Below are positions 16,320 through 26,960 of a stretch of DNA of 64,000 nt, piece after piece; the first letter of the stretch is position 1; the number at the start of each line of letters is the position of its first letter. Made by a program: the position numbers and the translations under genes. Origin of the DNA: Nitrosopumilaceae archaeon (GTDB lineage Archaea; Thermoproteota; Nitrososphaeria; Nitrososphaerales; Nitrosopumilaceae); contig OZ242274.1 of the NCBI GenBank assembly GCA_965207375.1, positions 1 through 64,000 of the forward strand, given 5' to 3'. The notes below the pieces were generated by a model that was given only the letters and a program-made list of their open reading frames with translations, ran no database searches and was not told the origin of the DNA.

Positions 16320-18503
16320 TTGAAGATAACAATAGCTTACGTTTCAGCAATAGTTGCCATTTCAGTGGTATCCACAGTAGGAATAATGCTTGTACTAGAA
16401 TCATATAATGAGCAAACCGTACAAACACAGCAAACTGAAATTATCCAAACAAACAAGATATCCTCAGAATTTTTTGAAGGAACAAATGACATCAAGAAAA
16501 TAACATCACAAGAAGATCTAAAAAACATCCTTGAGAAATCGTCATTATTTGGCAGAAATTTCCACGCATATGAAGATTTGAATTTCAATAGCATGGCAGA
16601 TGATACATGGTCTTCCGGTGTGCGAGAAGGCGTGCCAGCACTAATTGCTGTAAGTTCTCCAAAAGCACCGTCAAGCGGATCAGATTATTCAACAACAAAC
16701 ATCCAAACAGAAAATGTAGACGAGCCTGATTATCTCAAAAACGATTCAAAATACGTGTATATTGTATCACAAAATACACTTACTATTATCGATGCATATC
16801 CTGCAGATTCTGCAAAAATAGTTTTAAAGATAGCACTAGATGTAGAATACCAATACATTCAGAACATGTTTCTAAATGATAATAGACTGGTAATATTTTA
16901 CAACGGAGAAAGGGAGGATGATACAATTCCACAGTATGATTTTAGGCCAAGTATAGCATATAGCCCTGTCACACATGCATTAATTGTAGACGTATCAGAC
17001 AAGGAACACCCCAAGATTCTAAAAGACTATTCCATTGACGGTCATTTTATGGATGCACGCATGATTGGAAACTATGCGTACTTTGTAACAAATATCTATG
17101 TAGACTATCAATATCCAAGACTTCCGGTAATAATGGAGAATTCAGTAAGAATCATGACTCCTGATGCATTTTACTTTGATAATGCAGAACAGTTTTCAAA
17201 CTTTAACACGCTAACTGCCATTGATATTTTCGGTGATACAATAAATTCAGAGTCATTTCTAATGGGAGACTCTGGAATATTTTATGCGTCTGAGGACAAT
17301 TTCTACATAACATATCAAAATGTTCCATTTGATTTTTATGAAGATTCACTACGAGACAGATTCTTTGATGTCATAGTACCTTTACTGCAAGATGACATCC
17401 AAGAACAAATCAGATCAATTCAAAATAATTCGTCAGTTGACCACGTATCACAATGGATAGAGATTTCAGAATTGATGCAAGAATCCTATAACCAGATGGA
17501 CAAAGAGAGCAGAGAAAAACTATTTGACAAGATCAAAAAGGCACTAGACGAATATGATGCAAGAAACCAAGAGGATACAAGTAGGACAATAATTCACAAA
17601 ATTTCAATCGATGAGGAAAACATCAAGTACGTTGCCAAAGGCTCTGTTCCAGGAATATTACTAAACCAATTCTCAATGGATGAGGATGGTGACAGGTTTA
17701 GAATAGCTGTAACTACAGAACGCCATAATCAAAGTCAAGGAACCGTTATTGCAAATGCAGTGTATGTTTTAGATGAACAACTAAACATAGTTGGCAAACT
17801 AGACAACATAGCCCCTGATGAAAGTATCTTCTCATCACGATTCATAGGAGACAGGCTGTATCTAGTCACATTCAGACAAATCGATCCCTTTTTTGTAATT
17901 GACCTGTCTTCAGATACTCCAAAAATTCTAGGAGAGTTGAAAATTCCAGGATTTTCCAATTATTTGCATCCATATGATGAAAATCACCTGATTGGATTTG
18001 GAAGAGATGCACAGGCGTTAGGAATAGGAGTTCAGGAGGCAGGAATCAAAATTGCATTGTTTAACGTAGCAGATGTAAGTGAGCCCAAACTCGTAGACGA
18101 TGTTATAATTGGTAATGACTGGACAGATTCAGAAGCAAGGCACAATCACAAGGCATTCTTTTTTGATGAGAAAAGCAAAGTGTTGTCGATTCCAATTATC
18201 GGAGATGTTAAAAGTCTTAATAGTATTTCAATCTCCAAGACTATTTCCTCAGACTATAACTGGAACGGATTCTATGTGTTTGATGTGGACGGAACACAGG
18301 GATTCAACCTAAGAGGCACAATAGCCCACCATGATTCAGATTCACACCATTACGGAACATACAATGCAAGAACATTTCACATCGATGATGTCCTGTATAC
18401 TGTATCTGATAGATATTTGAAGATGAATTCTCTGGATGATTTAGAGGAGATTAATTCTATAAAGCTAGAAAAGACAGGTAAATTCATAGATTATCTAGAA
18501 TAG
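16320..18503 (+). CDS. Membrane-anchored beta-propeller domain protein
   Basis: YSTTNIQTENVDEPD, LLNQFSMDE, VTFRQIDPFFVIDL, GELKIPGFSNYLHPY. Confidence 0.9.
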   Translation: MKITIAYVSAIVAISVVSTVGIMLVLESYNEQTVQTQQTEIIQTNKISSEFFEGTNDIKKITSQEDLKNILEKSSLFGRNFHAYEDLNFNSMADDTWSSGVREGVPALIAVSSPKAPSSGSDYSTTNIQTENVDEPDYLKNDSKYVYIVSQNTLTIIDAYPADSAKIVLKIALDVEYQYIQNMFLNDNRLVIFYNGEREDDTIPQYDFRPSIAYSPVTHALIVDVSDKEHPKILKDYSIDGHFMDARMIGNYAYFVTNIYVDYQYPRLPVIMENSVRIMTPDAFYFDNAEQFSNFNTLTAIDIFGDTINSESFLMGDSGIFYASEDNFYITYQNVPFDFYEDSLRDRFFDVIVPLLQDDIQEQIRSIQNNSSVDHVSQWIEISELMQESYNQMDKESREKLFDKIKKALDEYDARNQEDTSRTIIHKISIDEENIKYVAKGSVPGILLNQFSMDEDGDRFRIAVTTERHNQSQGTVIANAVYVLDEQLNIVGKLDNIAPDESIFSSRFIGDRLYLVTFRQIDPFFVIDLSSDTPKILGELKIPGFSNYLHPYDENHLIGFGRDAQALGIGVQEAGIKIALFNVADVSEPKLVDDVIIGNDWTDSEARHNHKAFFFDEKSKVLSIPIIGDVKSLNSISISKTISSDYNWNGFYVFDVDGTQGFNLRGTIAHHDSDSHHYGTYNARTFHIDDVLYTVSDRYLKMNSLDDLEEINSIKLEKTGKFIDYLE

Positions 18504-18630
18504 TAAATCACACCAAACAAACTAGATCATATGTTTAGATAATCCACTTGAGAGTCATTTGCAACTCGGGTGGCAAAAAGGCAGAAAACAAACAGTTAGA
18601 AATCTGCGTAACGTCACGGTATACCGAGCA

Positions 18631-18939
18631 TTATTGATTATCCTCAGGACAGGTAAGCTCACGTAATTTAGTATACTTTTTTTCCATGGCATCTGCATGA
18701 TGTTTTACTGCATCTAGATCAAATTCAGATTTGGGAAAAAACCACCTGATTGGAACCCGATGTCCTATGCCGTCCATGTCATGAATCATTCCCTCATCAG
18801 CCTCGACTTTGAGCTTTTCATCAAGACATCGTTGTCGAATCTCTAGGCCACGTTTGGTTTTATCCTCTAAAATCAAATCGGTGTCAGATTCCTTGATAAG
18901 GTAAAAGCTGCCTTTTTTGAGAACGGGAAGATCTAGCAA
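18631..18939 (-). CDS. Conserved hypothetical protein downstream of the sulfurtransferase
   Basis: 102 aa ORF starting 2 bp after the rhodanese stop. Confidence 0.75.
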   Translation of the reverse strand: MLDLPVLKKGSFYLIKESDTDLILEDKTKRGLEIRQRCLDEKLKVEADEGMIHDMDGIGHRVPIRWFFPKSEFDLDAVKHHADAMEKKYTKLRELTCPEDNQ

Positions 18940-18940
18940 T

Positions 18941-19786
18941 TTATTTTTCTACTGGATTTCCAATCATGTTGCCCCATTCAGTCCAAGAACCGTCATAGTT
19001 TCGAACTTGGGGATAGCCCAAAAGATACTTTAAGACAAACCAGGAATGAGATGATCTTTCTCCAATTCTACAGTAACATATTACATCCTTGTCAGGTGTG
19101 ATTCCTTTGGGCTCATAATTCTGTTTTAGCTCAGCTACTGCCTTGAATGTGCCATCTGCATCATTTACCGCAGTTGCCCAAGGAATATTGTTTGCACCCG
19201 GTATGTGTCCGCCCCTTTGCGCATGCTCCATCGGATATTCTGGTGGTGCTGTAATCTGACCTGTAAATTCTGCAGGAGATCTCACATCAACCATCACGGT
19301 GTCGTCTTTGTCTAATGCACGTTTTGCATCTGCCAAATATGCACGAAGTCCCTCATCAGGAGGCTGTGCTGTGTATTGTGATGGTGCAATGTGTGGTTCG
19401 TCTGTGGTATAATCTCGGTTTTCTAATTCCCATTTTTTTCTACCACCGTTCATTATCTTTAGATTCTCATGTCCATAATATTTGAAAACCCAAAAAACAA
19501 ACGCTGCAAACCAATTATTGAAATCACCATAAAGAATTACTTCAGTGTCAGGAGTGATTCCGTGTTTGACCATTAACTCCTCAAATTTACTCTTGTCAAT
19601 GATATCCCGAGTTACAGGATCATTAATGTCACGCCTCCACCAAATCAGGCTTGCCGCACTAATGTGGCCTTTTTTATATCCGTTTTCAGGGTCATAATCT
19701 ACCTCTACCAGCTTTCTATTTTCATTGGGCAGATTTTGAGATACCCAGTCAGTATCAACTAGCACCTCAGGATGTGCATAACTCAT
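18941..19786 (-). CDS. Thiosulfate sulfurtransferase (tandem rhodanese)
   Basis: YAHPEVLVDTDWV, GHIPGA, YCRIGERSS, YDGSWTEW; likely start MSYAHPEV. Confidence 0.95.
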   Translation of the reverse strand: MSYAHPEVLVDTDWVSQNLPNENRKLVEVDYDPENGYKKGHISAASLIWWRRDINDPVTRDIIDKSKFEELMVKHGITPDTEVILYGDFNNWFAAFVFWVFKYYGHENLKIMNGGRKKWELENRDYTTDEPHIAPSQYTAQPPDEGLRAYLADAKRALDKDDTVMVDVRSPAEFTGQITAPPEYPMEHAQRGGHIPGANNIPWATAVNDADGTFKAVAELKQNYEPKGITPDKDVICYCRIGERSSHSWFVLKYLLGYPQVRNYDGSWTEWGNMIGNPVEK

Positions 19787-20027
19787 GAATTCAAAAATAT
19801 CGCCTCTATACTTAATTGTTTTCTGACCATGCCTGGTTTGTATCAAAATGTGTATGGATTATCGCCCCCTCCTGTGAAATCTGCACCGTTTTGTCAATTC
19901 ATGAAATTAAAAGATAATACGAATAAATTATAGATTTGGCAATATCGAAAAAATACATTATAATTTAGACGATACATCAATAACTGCAAAATATGATTTT
20001 TATGTTATAGTAACAACATATAGGTAC

Positions 20028-20843
20028 TTGAAATTAAGTAAGGTAGCCATAGTAAGCAAGGTAGGCTCTAAGGAGTCCGAAGATGCAGCAGTTAAAGTTA
20101 CAAAAAAATTTCTAAAAAATAAAAGTACAGTCTTTACAATTTCCCCCGTATCAGTAACTGGTGCTGCCAGAGTCGATTCACTTGATGAGCTCAAAAAGGA
20201 AAGACTAGACCTAGTAGTAACACTAGGAGGCGATGGAACCACACTGCGAGCATTTAGACAGTTAGAAAACGACACGCCGATTTTGACAATTAATGTGGGA
20301 GGAAACAGGGGAATTTTAGCTGAAATAACACTAGATGAGATTGACAAGGCCATAAAACAGATCAAAACAGGTAAGATAATCTTAGAAAAACGAATCAGAG
20401 TGGCAGCCTCGTGCAACGGCAAAACATACCCGCCTGCACTAAATGAAATCTACATCAGCAGGCAAAACATGACTAAGACTGCTGAAATTGAAATCAAATT
20501 CCAAGATGACACAGTAAAGCAAAAAATGGACGGAGTCATAATTTCAACACCTAGCGGTTCTACCGGACACTCATTTTCACTAGGCGGACCTATTTTGCAC
20601 GAAAGTTTAGATGTCTTGATCATAACACCGGTGGCACCAGTATACAGACTAGCATCACTAGTAGTACCAGATGAAAAAATTGAGATACATTGTTCCCATG
20701 ATTCTGACATTGTCATGGATGCCCAGGTAATAAAATCTGCAGGATTTGAAGACAAAATAACAATAAAGAAATACAAAAAACCCGCAGTCTTTGTTAGATT
20801 GAAAACACGAGGATTAAGACAGATGAGTAAGCTTGGTTTTTAA
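20028..20843 (+). CDS. nadK: NAD kinase
   Basis: LGGDGT, ALNE, DGVIISTPSGSTGHS.SLGGP. Confidence 0.95.
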   Translation: MKLSKVAIVSKVGSKESEDAAVKVTKKFLKNKSTVFTISPVSVTGAARVDSLDELKKERLDLVVTLGGDGTTLRAFRQLENDTPILTINVGGNRGILAEITLDEIDKAIKQIKTGKIILEKRIRVAASCNGKTYPPALNEIYISRQNMTKTAEIEIKFQDDTVKQKMDGVIISTPSGSTGHSFSLGGPILHESLDVLIITPVAPVYRLASLVVPDEKIEIHCSHDSDIVMDAQVIKSAGFEDKITIKKYKKPAVFVRLKTRGLRQMSKLGF

Positions 20844-21315
20844 AATTCTAGATGCTAGTGCGTTTTATGCAGGCGTTCCATTCGGAGCATATGAGAACTG
20901 GAATACTACACCTGAAATATACGAGGAGGTCAAACACATCAAAAAAAATCACGACATACTGCACACAATGATAGAGACAGGCAGATTGCGCATCAAAGAG
21001 CCAAAAGAAGAATCAATCCAAAAGGCAATACGCGTTTCAAAAAAGACAGGAGATTTTGCACAGCTCTCAGAACAAGACATTTCAGTATTGGCCCTCAGTT
21101 TAGAGGTCAACGGAGAAATCATAACAGATGATTTTGCAGTATCAAATGTGGCAAAATACTTGGAAATTCATGTACAACCGATAATGACTAGAGGAATAAG
21201 GGACGCAGGTACGTGGATGCATTACTGTCCGGGCTGTAAAAAGAATTTCAAGAATCAAAAACAGTGTCCGCTGTGCGGCACCACACTGAAAAGAAAACTG
21301 CTTAAAAGAGTCTAA
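20833..21315 (+). CDS. nob1: Nob1-family PIN endonuclease with Zn ribbon
   Basis: ILDASAF, LSEQDISVLAL, TDDFAVSNVA, CPGC...CPLCG. Confidence 0.9.
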   Translation: MVFKILDASAFYAGVPFGAYENWNTTPEIYEEVKHIKKNHDILHTMIETGRLRIKEPKEESIQKAIRVSKKTGDFAQLSEQDISVLALSLEVNGEIITDDFAVSNVAKYLEIHVQPIMTRGIRDAGTWMHYCPGCKKNFKNQKQCPLCGTTLKRKLLKRV

Positions 21316-22001
21316 GAGTCATGAAGTGTTTTTTGTTTGGATGACTTGTAATGCTTGCTTTTAGAATCAAGCATTTTTTTGATTTTTTCTGCCCTTTTGG
21401 TTCCTAGTCCTTCTACCTTGGCAAGCTCGGCAGTTGTAGAATTCAAAACCCCAAGCGGTGTCGCAAATTTTTTTAACATGCGTGTTGCTAGTTTTTCGCC
21501 TACACCTGGCAAGCTAGCCAGAAATGACAGCTGCTGTTTTTGTAAATTGTTTGATTTTTTGATTTTTTTCAAAAAGGGCCCATCATGAGATGTTCCCTGT
21601 TTAGAGCACAAAGAGACAAGCAGTTTTGCAGTATGATTTGCACTAGGAGTCGGAATGATTGGAATTTTAAAATTTAAGGCAACAGACGATATTGCCCCGT
21701 AAAACACAAGAGGGTTTTCTGTGATATTTTCAATCTCATCTACGTTTCCTTCCATCAATATAACAGGATGTTCAAAGTGCTCCTTGAGACGATCACATTG
21801 ATCAAACAGACGGCCATCAAAAATTGACGACATCAAATCAGGAATGCTTTTTCGCTCCACTGCAGTTTCAGGTGCAACAATATAATCACCTACAGGCAGG
21901 GTCTTAATTTCCATTCGAAGCCCTATTGAACGCAGCAAATCCGGAATGCCACTTTTTTTTTCGCGCTCGTCTACAACAATGCGGAGCTCGTCTAGTTTCA
22001 C
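21312..22001 (-). CDS. xpf: XPF/ERCC4 structure-specific nuclease with HhH2 domain
   Basis: VDERE, GDY....ERKS, C-terminal HhH. Confidence 0.92.
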   Translation of the reverse strand: MKLDELRIVVDEREKKSGIPDLLRSIGLRMEIKTLPVGDYIVAPETAVERKSIPDLMSSIFDGRLFDQCDRLKEHFEHPVILMEGNVDEIENITENPLVFYGAISSVALNFKIPIIPTPSANHTAKLLVSLCSKQGTSHDGPFLKKIKKSNNLQKQQLSFLASLPGVGEKLATRMLKKFATPLGVLNSTTAELAKVEGLGTKRAEKIKKMLDSKSKHYKSSKQKTLHDS

Positions 22002-22218
22002 AAATACATGTAAAGTTGTTTGTTAATATCTTGTTTGAATTGTAATTGTTTTGCTTTTTGAAGCTTCAGTCTAGTTACATATCTCTGATTTGCTTGCCAA
22101 TAAATTTGTATCTGCTGATCTAATTTTCTTTACATTCTATCTAAAACAGGCATGGTAACAGATCGACTTTCTAAAGTTGTCTAGAAAATCGTTATGCTAC
22201 AAATTATTGCAAATATTG

Positions 22219-22436
22219 TCAAAGAGGTTTATGTGCAAACCCTGCTTTTGTGTTGTCTTTTTGTCTCTTGAGTTCTTTTGTCACGGCATCTTGCACCTCA
22301 GGTGGAAGTTTTTTTACATCTAATATTGTAGTTCTGAGTCCTGTAATTATGTCATGTATTGAAAGAGTTTCGTTTTCTACATGTGGTGCAAATGTGTTCT
22401 TGAATGTTCTTTGATCAGATGAATCTTGTAATGCCA
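22219..22436 (-). CDS. Small hypothetical protein
   Basis: MALQDSSDQRT... about 72 aa, with a promoter-like repeat upstream; no recognised family. Confidence 0.5.
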
Positions 22437-22484
22437 TTTTTGTATATCGCCGCAATTGATAGTTGTTTGTACTGTTTTTTATAC

Positions 22485-22622
22485 TAGACCTTATGCAATG
22501 TTGTGACCTTTAAGTTTCAATAATACTTAGAGGTGATAATCAAATTTTGAATTAAAAATGCTTAATTTTTAGCCTTAAATTGAAAATTTTATTTTGAATT
22601 GATCAATTGTGCATAAGGTCTA
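22485..22622. mobile_element. MITE-like element with 13-bp terminal inverted repeats (IS5/ISL2-like ends)
   Basis: TAGACCTTATGCA 22485-22497 and TGCATAAGGTCTA 22610-22622. Confidence 0.6.
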
Positions 22623-22664
22623 TTATGTTGTGACCTTTAAGTTTCAATAATACTTAGAGGTGAT
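22498..22664. repeat. Perfect 40-bp direct repeat, 2 copies
   Basis: ATGTTGTGACCTTTAAGTTTCAATAATACTTAGAGGTGAT at 22498-22537 and 22625-22664. Confidence 0.95.
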
Positions 22665-23024
22665 TCATAATTAGAAAACCACGCCTAACAAGAGCAAAAA
22701 TCCGTGCCCAGATCTAATTACGAATCATATCTCTTGTTTTGGATTTATTTACGTAAGAGTTAATTTGTTCCCAGATGATGATGTAATGATTGAAAAATCA
22801 GGTACAAGGTAAATAAATACTATTTCTGTATATCACATTTTGGGAAATACCAAATTGCTGTGATAGTAGATGTTGCACATAGTTATTTTAAAAATGAATG
22901 GAACCCAAACCCAGGTAATCAGGCATGACGACACCATAATAATGGAATTTATGATTCCAATCTTTTTCGTGATTACTACGCATGACCCTTTAGCAGAGTT
23001 CCAAAAAGCTAAACAGTTACAATT

Positions 23025-23405
23025 TTAATTTGTAGGCACTTGTCCAGGATTGCCAGATGTATTTTGTATCATTTCGTTTAGTTTTGTTTCGTATTCTTTA
23101 AGACTTTGTTGGATACGGGTTTCCTGTTTTTGTATAACCGTATATCGTGTATTTGCAAGTTCTTTTTTTTCTTCTAGTTCAGAAATCAACGCATCTTTTG
23201 TTGACTGGATTAAAACGGATCCCGCATGCTTGTATACGGTATCAGTATCTGCTGCCTTTTTTAATTCATCTAATGCCTTTTCAGTCTCGATCTTTTCAAG
23301 GTCTAACTGCTGCTTTTGCGACATTATGGATTGCATATTTTGCTGGGCCTGTTGCAATTTAACTAGCTGCTCTTGCATTTGCGGTGTAATCTGTGGTGTA
23401 GACAT
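23025..23405 (-). CDS. pfdB: Prefoldin beta subunit
   Basis: Coiled coil with VYKHAGSVLI hairpin; exosome operon context. Confidence 0.93.
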   Translation of the reverse strand: MSTPQITPQMQEQLVKLQQAQQNMQSIMSQKQQLDLEKIETEKALDELKKAADTDTVYKHAGSVLIQSTKDALISELEEKKELANTRYTVIQKQETRIQQSLKEYETKLNEMIQNTSGNPGQVPTN

Positions 23406-23430
23406 TATAACTCGTCAAATTCTGTTTGTA

Positions 23431-23676
23431 TTATACCTTTACTGATTCTATAGTATCATGGCATGCCTGAATCAGCCTCAAAGTAGAGTTTAGGTTTGCT
23501 CTAAGATGCGGTAGTTGTTCAGAGTCTAGACTGATTTTAATGATTTCATCAAGATTCATCTCTGTTTTTGTGGGGTTTTCAGGATAAAACTCATTGTCGG
23601 CATTGACAGAGTCAAAAATTGCTCTTGTATTTTCTCCGGCATCTACATAAATTTGCGCGCTAAATTTTAACGTCAT
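23431..23676 (-). CDS. pcc1: KEOPS complex Pcc1-like subunit
   Basis: LRANLNSTLRLI motif; lies between rpl37ae and pfdB. Confidence 0.85.
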   Translation of the reverse strand: MTLKFSAQIYVDAGENTRAIFDSVNADNEFYPENPTKTEMNLDEIIKISLDSEQLPHLRANLNSTLRLIQACHDTIESVKV

Positions 23677-23869
23677 ATGCGGTTCCAGCTATTTTAAATC
23701 CACATTTTTTACATGACCAGATTGCAATCGCATCACGAGTGAATTGTTTTGATCCGCATTCAGGACATGTACGCTCAGCCTTTAAAGTTCGGTGTACCTG
23801 AGTATACTGTTTGCGTATTTTGATTCCGTATCTTGCACCTAAACCCTTTAATGATTTCTTTTTTGCCAT
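23660..23869 (-). CDS. rpl37ae: 50S ribosomal protein eL43 (L37ae)
   Basis: GLGARYG, CPECG...WSCKKCG. Confidence 0.95.
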   Translation of the reverse strand: MAKKKSLKGLGARYGIKIRKQYTQVHRTLKAERTCPECGSKQFTRDAIAIWSCKKCGFKIAGTAYDVKI

Positions 23870-23877
23870 TGCTCTAA

Positions 23878-24687
23878 TCACGTTGCTTGCTTGATGGTTT
23901 CTCGCACCTTTTTACCTGCCTCAATTGCAATATCACCGCACTTTTGAATCTCTTGTACGGTAAAGCCTTCGCTTCCACCCTTTTGTAATGCACAGATATT
24001 GCCATCTGAATCAGTAGTAATTGTTATCCTAGCATCCATACATGCCCATTCGTCGCCATTAGGATCGACAATTATGTGTGAACCAATTTTTGCCATTGTA
24101 ACAGATACCGGAATAGTAGTAGTTGGAACAGCTACGGTAACGCCTTCAACAACTGTTGGCACGCCGTCCTTTAACTCCCATTTTGGGGATTTGGCAGTCA
24201 GCAGTGCAGCAGTAGTGGCATAAGAGCATGCATCAAACAGATTACCATCATAATCAACTACAGTATTATCAGCAAAGACGCCAACTACAGAAATGTTTTT
24301 TTCAATTACCAGCTGTGAGACATCAACCATGTGAGACTCTCTGATTCCACGGTCAACAACTCTTGCCAATTCAATAACTGCCTCACCTGGAGGGCCCGTC
24401 TCCACACTAGGATGAGACAAAGGCAACAGCTCAGCAGTACATATGAAGACTCCCTTGTCACCCATGTCTGGGAATGGTTTGTCGGGTTGAATCTTGACGC
24501 CGCAGACAACCTCTGAATCGCCGAGTCTAACTCTAGCAGAGCCTTCGGCTTTGGGAATTGCATTAGGTTCAATTGTAATGGGACGTATTTCATCAAATGC
24601 ACGACCGTCTACTCTTTGACCTTTTTCCAGCAAATCAAGAATTTGCCGTTTCTTTAGATCATCGATAATTGGAGATGAGGAACCCAT
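23878..24687 (-). CDS. rrp42: Exosome subunit Rrp42
   Basis: RVDGR, KAEGSARVRLG, DYDGNLFDA. Confidence 0.96.
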   Translation of the reverse strand: MGSSSPIIDDLKKRQILDLLEKGQRVDGRAFDEIRPITIEPNAIPKAEGSARVRLGDSEVVCGVKIQPDKPFPDMGDKGVFICTAELLPLSHPSVETGPPGEAVIELARVVDRGIRESHMVDVSQLVIEKNISVVGVFADNTVVDYDGNLFDACSYATTAALLTAKSPKWELKDGVPTVVEGVTVAVPTTTIPVSVTMAKIGSHIIVDPNGDEWACMDARITITTDSDGNICALQKGGSEGFTVQEIQKCGDIAIEAGKKVRETIKQAT

Positions 24688-25424
24688 TATGAGTCGTCTC
24701 CTTTTGTAAAGAATTTATCATGTAGTGCCTTTTTTTGGATTTCATATACCTGTAAACATCCATCCTTAGCAGTTTCAACACACTTTTTGTATTCCTCAGG
24801 GCTCAATACGCCATCAAGCTGTAACAGTGTTACCTTGTCTAGGTTTGGCATGTATCCCATAGGCATGTCTGCCTGTCCTGCCTGATCCTCTTCATTGTTA
24901 ACATCTAAAACGATTGTATCTGCTACTTTGCCTGCAGCACATGCACAAACCATGTCTCTCATAGGAATGCCTGCGTCAGCTAGTGCAACTGCGGCAGCAT
25001 CTAATGCAGCACATCTAGAGCCACCATCTGCCTGTAAGATTTCAATGTAAACATCAACTGCCGTTCTTGGGAATTTGTCCAAAATTACAGCAGGCTCTAA
25101 TGCCTCTTTGATTACCTTAGATATTTCAATTTCTCTTCTAGATGGTGCCGGATTTTTTCTTTCAGAGACAGAAAATGGTTCCATATGATACCTGCATCTT
25201 AAAATTCCCGTATCTGTGTTTGCCATGTGTTTTGGGTGCACATCACGCGGACCGTAAACGCCTGCAAGTATTTTGTTATCACCAAATTCAATATATGCAG
25301 AGCCGTCTGCATTTTTTAAAACACCTGCCTTGATTGTGACCTTTCTTGTTTCGTTTACCTTACGTCCGTCACAACGGATACCGTTCTCATCTAACAATAC
25401 TAAATCTGTATCTCTTCCACCCAT
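24687..25424 (-). CDS. rrp41: Exosome subunit Rrp41
   Basis: ADGSAYIEFG, PSRREIEISKVI, QADGGSR. Confidence 0.96.
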   Translation of the reverse strand: MGGRDTDLVLLDENGIRCDGRKVNETRKVTIKAGVLKNADGSAYIEFGDNKILAGVYGPRDVHPKHMANTDTGILRCRYHMEPFSVSERKNPAPSRREIEISKVIKEALEPAVILDKFPRTAVDVYIEILQADGGSRCAALDAAAVALADAGIPMRDMVCACAAGKVADTIVLDVNNEEDQAGQADMPMGYMPNLDKVTLLQLDGVLSPEEYKKCVETAKDGCLQVYEIQKKALHDKFFTKGDDS

Positions 25425-26107
25425 TATGATTCACCTTTTGATTCTAACATTTCTTTCACTTTATCTGTAAGATTTGCAACATGTGCTTGCTCGTCTACCA
25501 TGTAAATGGCTTTTTTAGCCTTTAATAATCCATCGGGATTCTCGCCAGAGACTACAACCCACCCGTTTTGCCCTATTGTGACGCCCACATTGGTTGCCTC
25601 CTCGATGGTTTGAATCATGGTGCCGCGTTTTCCAATAAGTCGTGGTATTTTGCTTGGAGAAATTGTAATCAGCTCGCCAGAGTCAATTTTGCCCAAGTCC
25701 CTATCAGCAATGGTAATTAGTGGATCTCGGGTTCTGTCAAAATTGGCAATTCTTGCAGCAACAAGATCACCCTTGATTAGTTTGGAGGAAAGCTCGTCTG
25801 CATGTGCTGAAAAATCCCTGCCAAAGACGTCCTGTGCAGGAAGAAATCCCACATATGCAGAATTGATGTCTAGTTCCCATGAAAGCGATGTATGGGATAG
25901 GACCTTGCCAATGACTAGATCGTTGATTTTTGGGAAATATTTTCCAGATAGAGGAATTACCTTGACCTCATCATCGTAAATTTCAGAAATTCCAATTGCT
26001 GTTGCAATTATTTTGTTATCAACAAGTGTGACATTTTGCTCAGGTCTGTAAGGTCCTGTGGTAATTACATCGCCTGGTATTACATATTTTCTTTTAGTAG
26101 TTTCCAT
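25424..26107 (-). CDS. rrp4: Exosome RNA-binding subunit Rrp4
   Basis: VIPGD, S1 and KH domains (PRLIGKRG, GQNGWV). Confidence 0.95.
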   Translation of the reverse strand: METTKRKYVIPGDVITTGPYRPEQNVTLVDNKIIATAIGISEIYDDEVKVIPLSGKYFPKINDLVIGKVLSHTSLSWELDINSAYVGFLPAQDVFGRDFSAHADELSSKLIKGDLVAARIANFDRTRDPLITIADRDLGKIDSGELITISPSKIPRLIGKRGTMIQTIEEATNVGVTIGQNGWVVVSGENPDGLLKAKKAIYMVDEQAHVANLTDKVKEMLESKGES

Positions 26108-26793
26108 TATTGCTGCACCTCCACGGTGGCTGTTCCCTTTGTAATGGAACCTAATCTGTCTATCACATGTGGTCTTGCAGCTGCCGGTATTTCTAGTATT
26201 GCTTTAAGGGAGCCGTTTGGCTGCCATTGTTCTGTAGTAAGCGTGCCAACTGACTTTAACACAGAATACGACTGGGCAGTAAATTGGGCAGGTATGGTAA
26301 TCTCTAAAGATAGATTTTCAGATTTTAACGGAATTATAGAACGTAGCTTTTCTACTAGTTCCTTTACTTGTTCATCTACATTTTTTTGGGGGTCTACAGA
26401 GACACGTGCATCCTTCATTGCCTGTTCAATTCTAAGCGGCGGATGGGGCAAATGGGATCTAGGATCAACGTATGTTTTTGCAATAAACGTAACAATTTGT
26501 TTTCGTTTCTCTTCGATCATCTTTCGTCTTTGATCGGTTGTAAGATTCAAAACTCCCTTTTGAATAATTTTTTCAGCTATTGCAACGGGGTCTTCGGTTT
26601 TAAACGCCTTTAGTAGTTTTTCAGTTGAGGCACGTGTGCCCTTTCCAGAGTCGGTGTAAATTTCATCAGAAACTAAAACCGCCGAAATGTCTTTTTTTCG
26701 TCCAAGCTTGTATTCTAGGGCAGGATCAGGCTTTACCAAAATTTCAAATTTTTCTCCCTCAAAAGAATAGCGCACTATTGTCACATCTGCCAT
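26107..26793 (-). CDS. sdo1: Ribosome maturation factor SBDS
   Basis: EKFEILVKPD, PHPPLRIEQAM; likely start MADV. Confidence 0.95.
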   Translation of the reverse strand: MADVTIVRYSFEGEKFEILVKPDPALEYKLGRKKDISAVLVSDEIYTDSGKGTRASTEKLLKAFKTEDPVAIAEKIIQKGVLNLTTDQRRKMIEEKRKQIVTFIAKTYVDPRSHLPHPPLRIEQAMKDARVSVDPQKNVDEQVKELVEKLRSIIPLKSENLSLEITIPAQFTAQSYSVLKSVGTLTTEQWQPNGSLKAILEIPAAARPHVIDRLGSITKGTATVEVQQ

Positions 26794-26960
26794 GATGACA
26801 CTGATTAGAATGGTTCGGTATTTATCTATAATAGAAAAACACCCCCTCAAAATTATCAGAATTGACACGCTTGGCTGAAGGCTGCAAAAATGTACTCATA
26901 CTATACCCCAAACAAAATCACGGTAGACTTTTATGGGGATTTTAAGAATTTTTGGTAAGT

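Noticed and set aside
22498-22664. CRISPR array (the 40-bp repeat contains ATTGAAAC on the minus strand)
   Set aside because: Only two copies, an 87-bp spacer, identical sequence continuing past ATTGAAAC, and no cas genes in the window.
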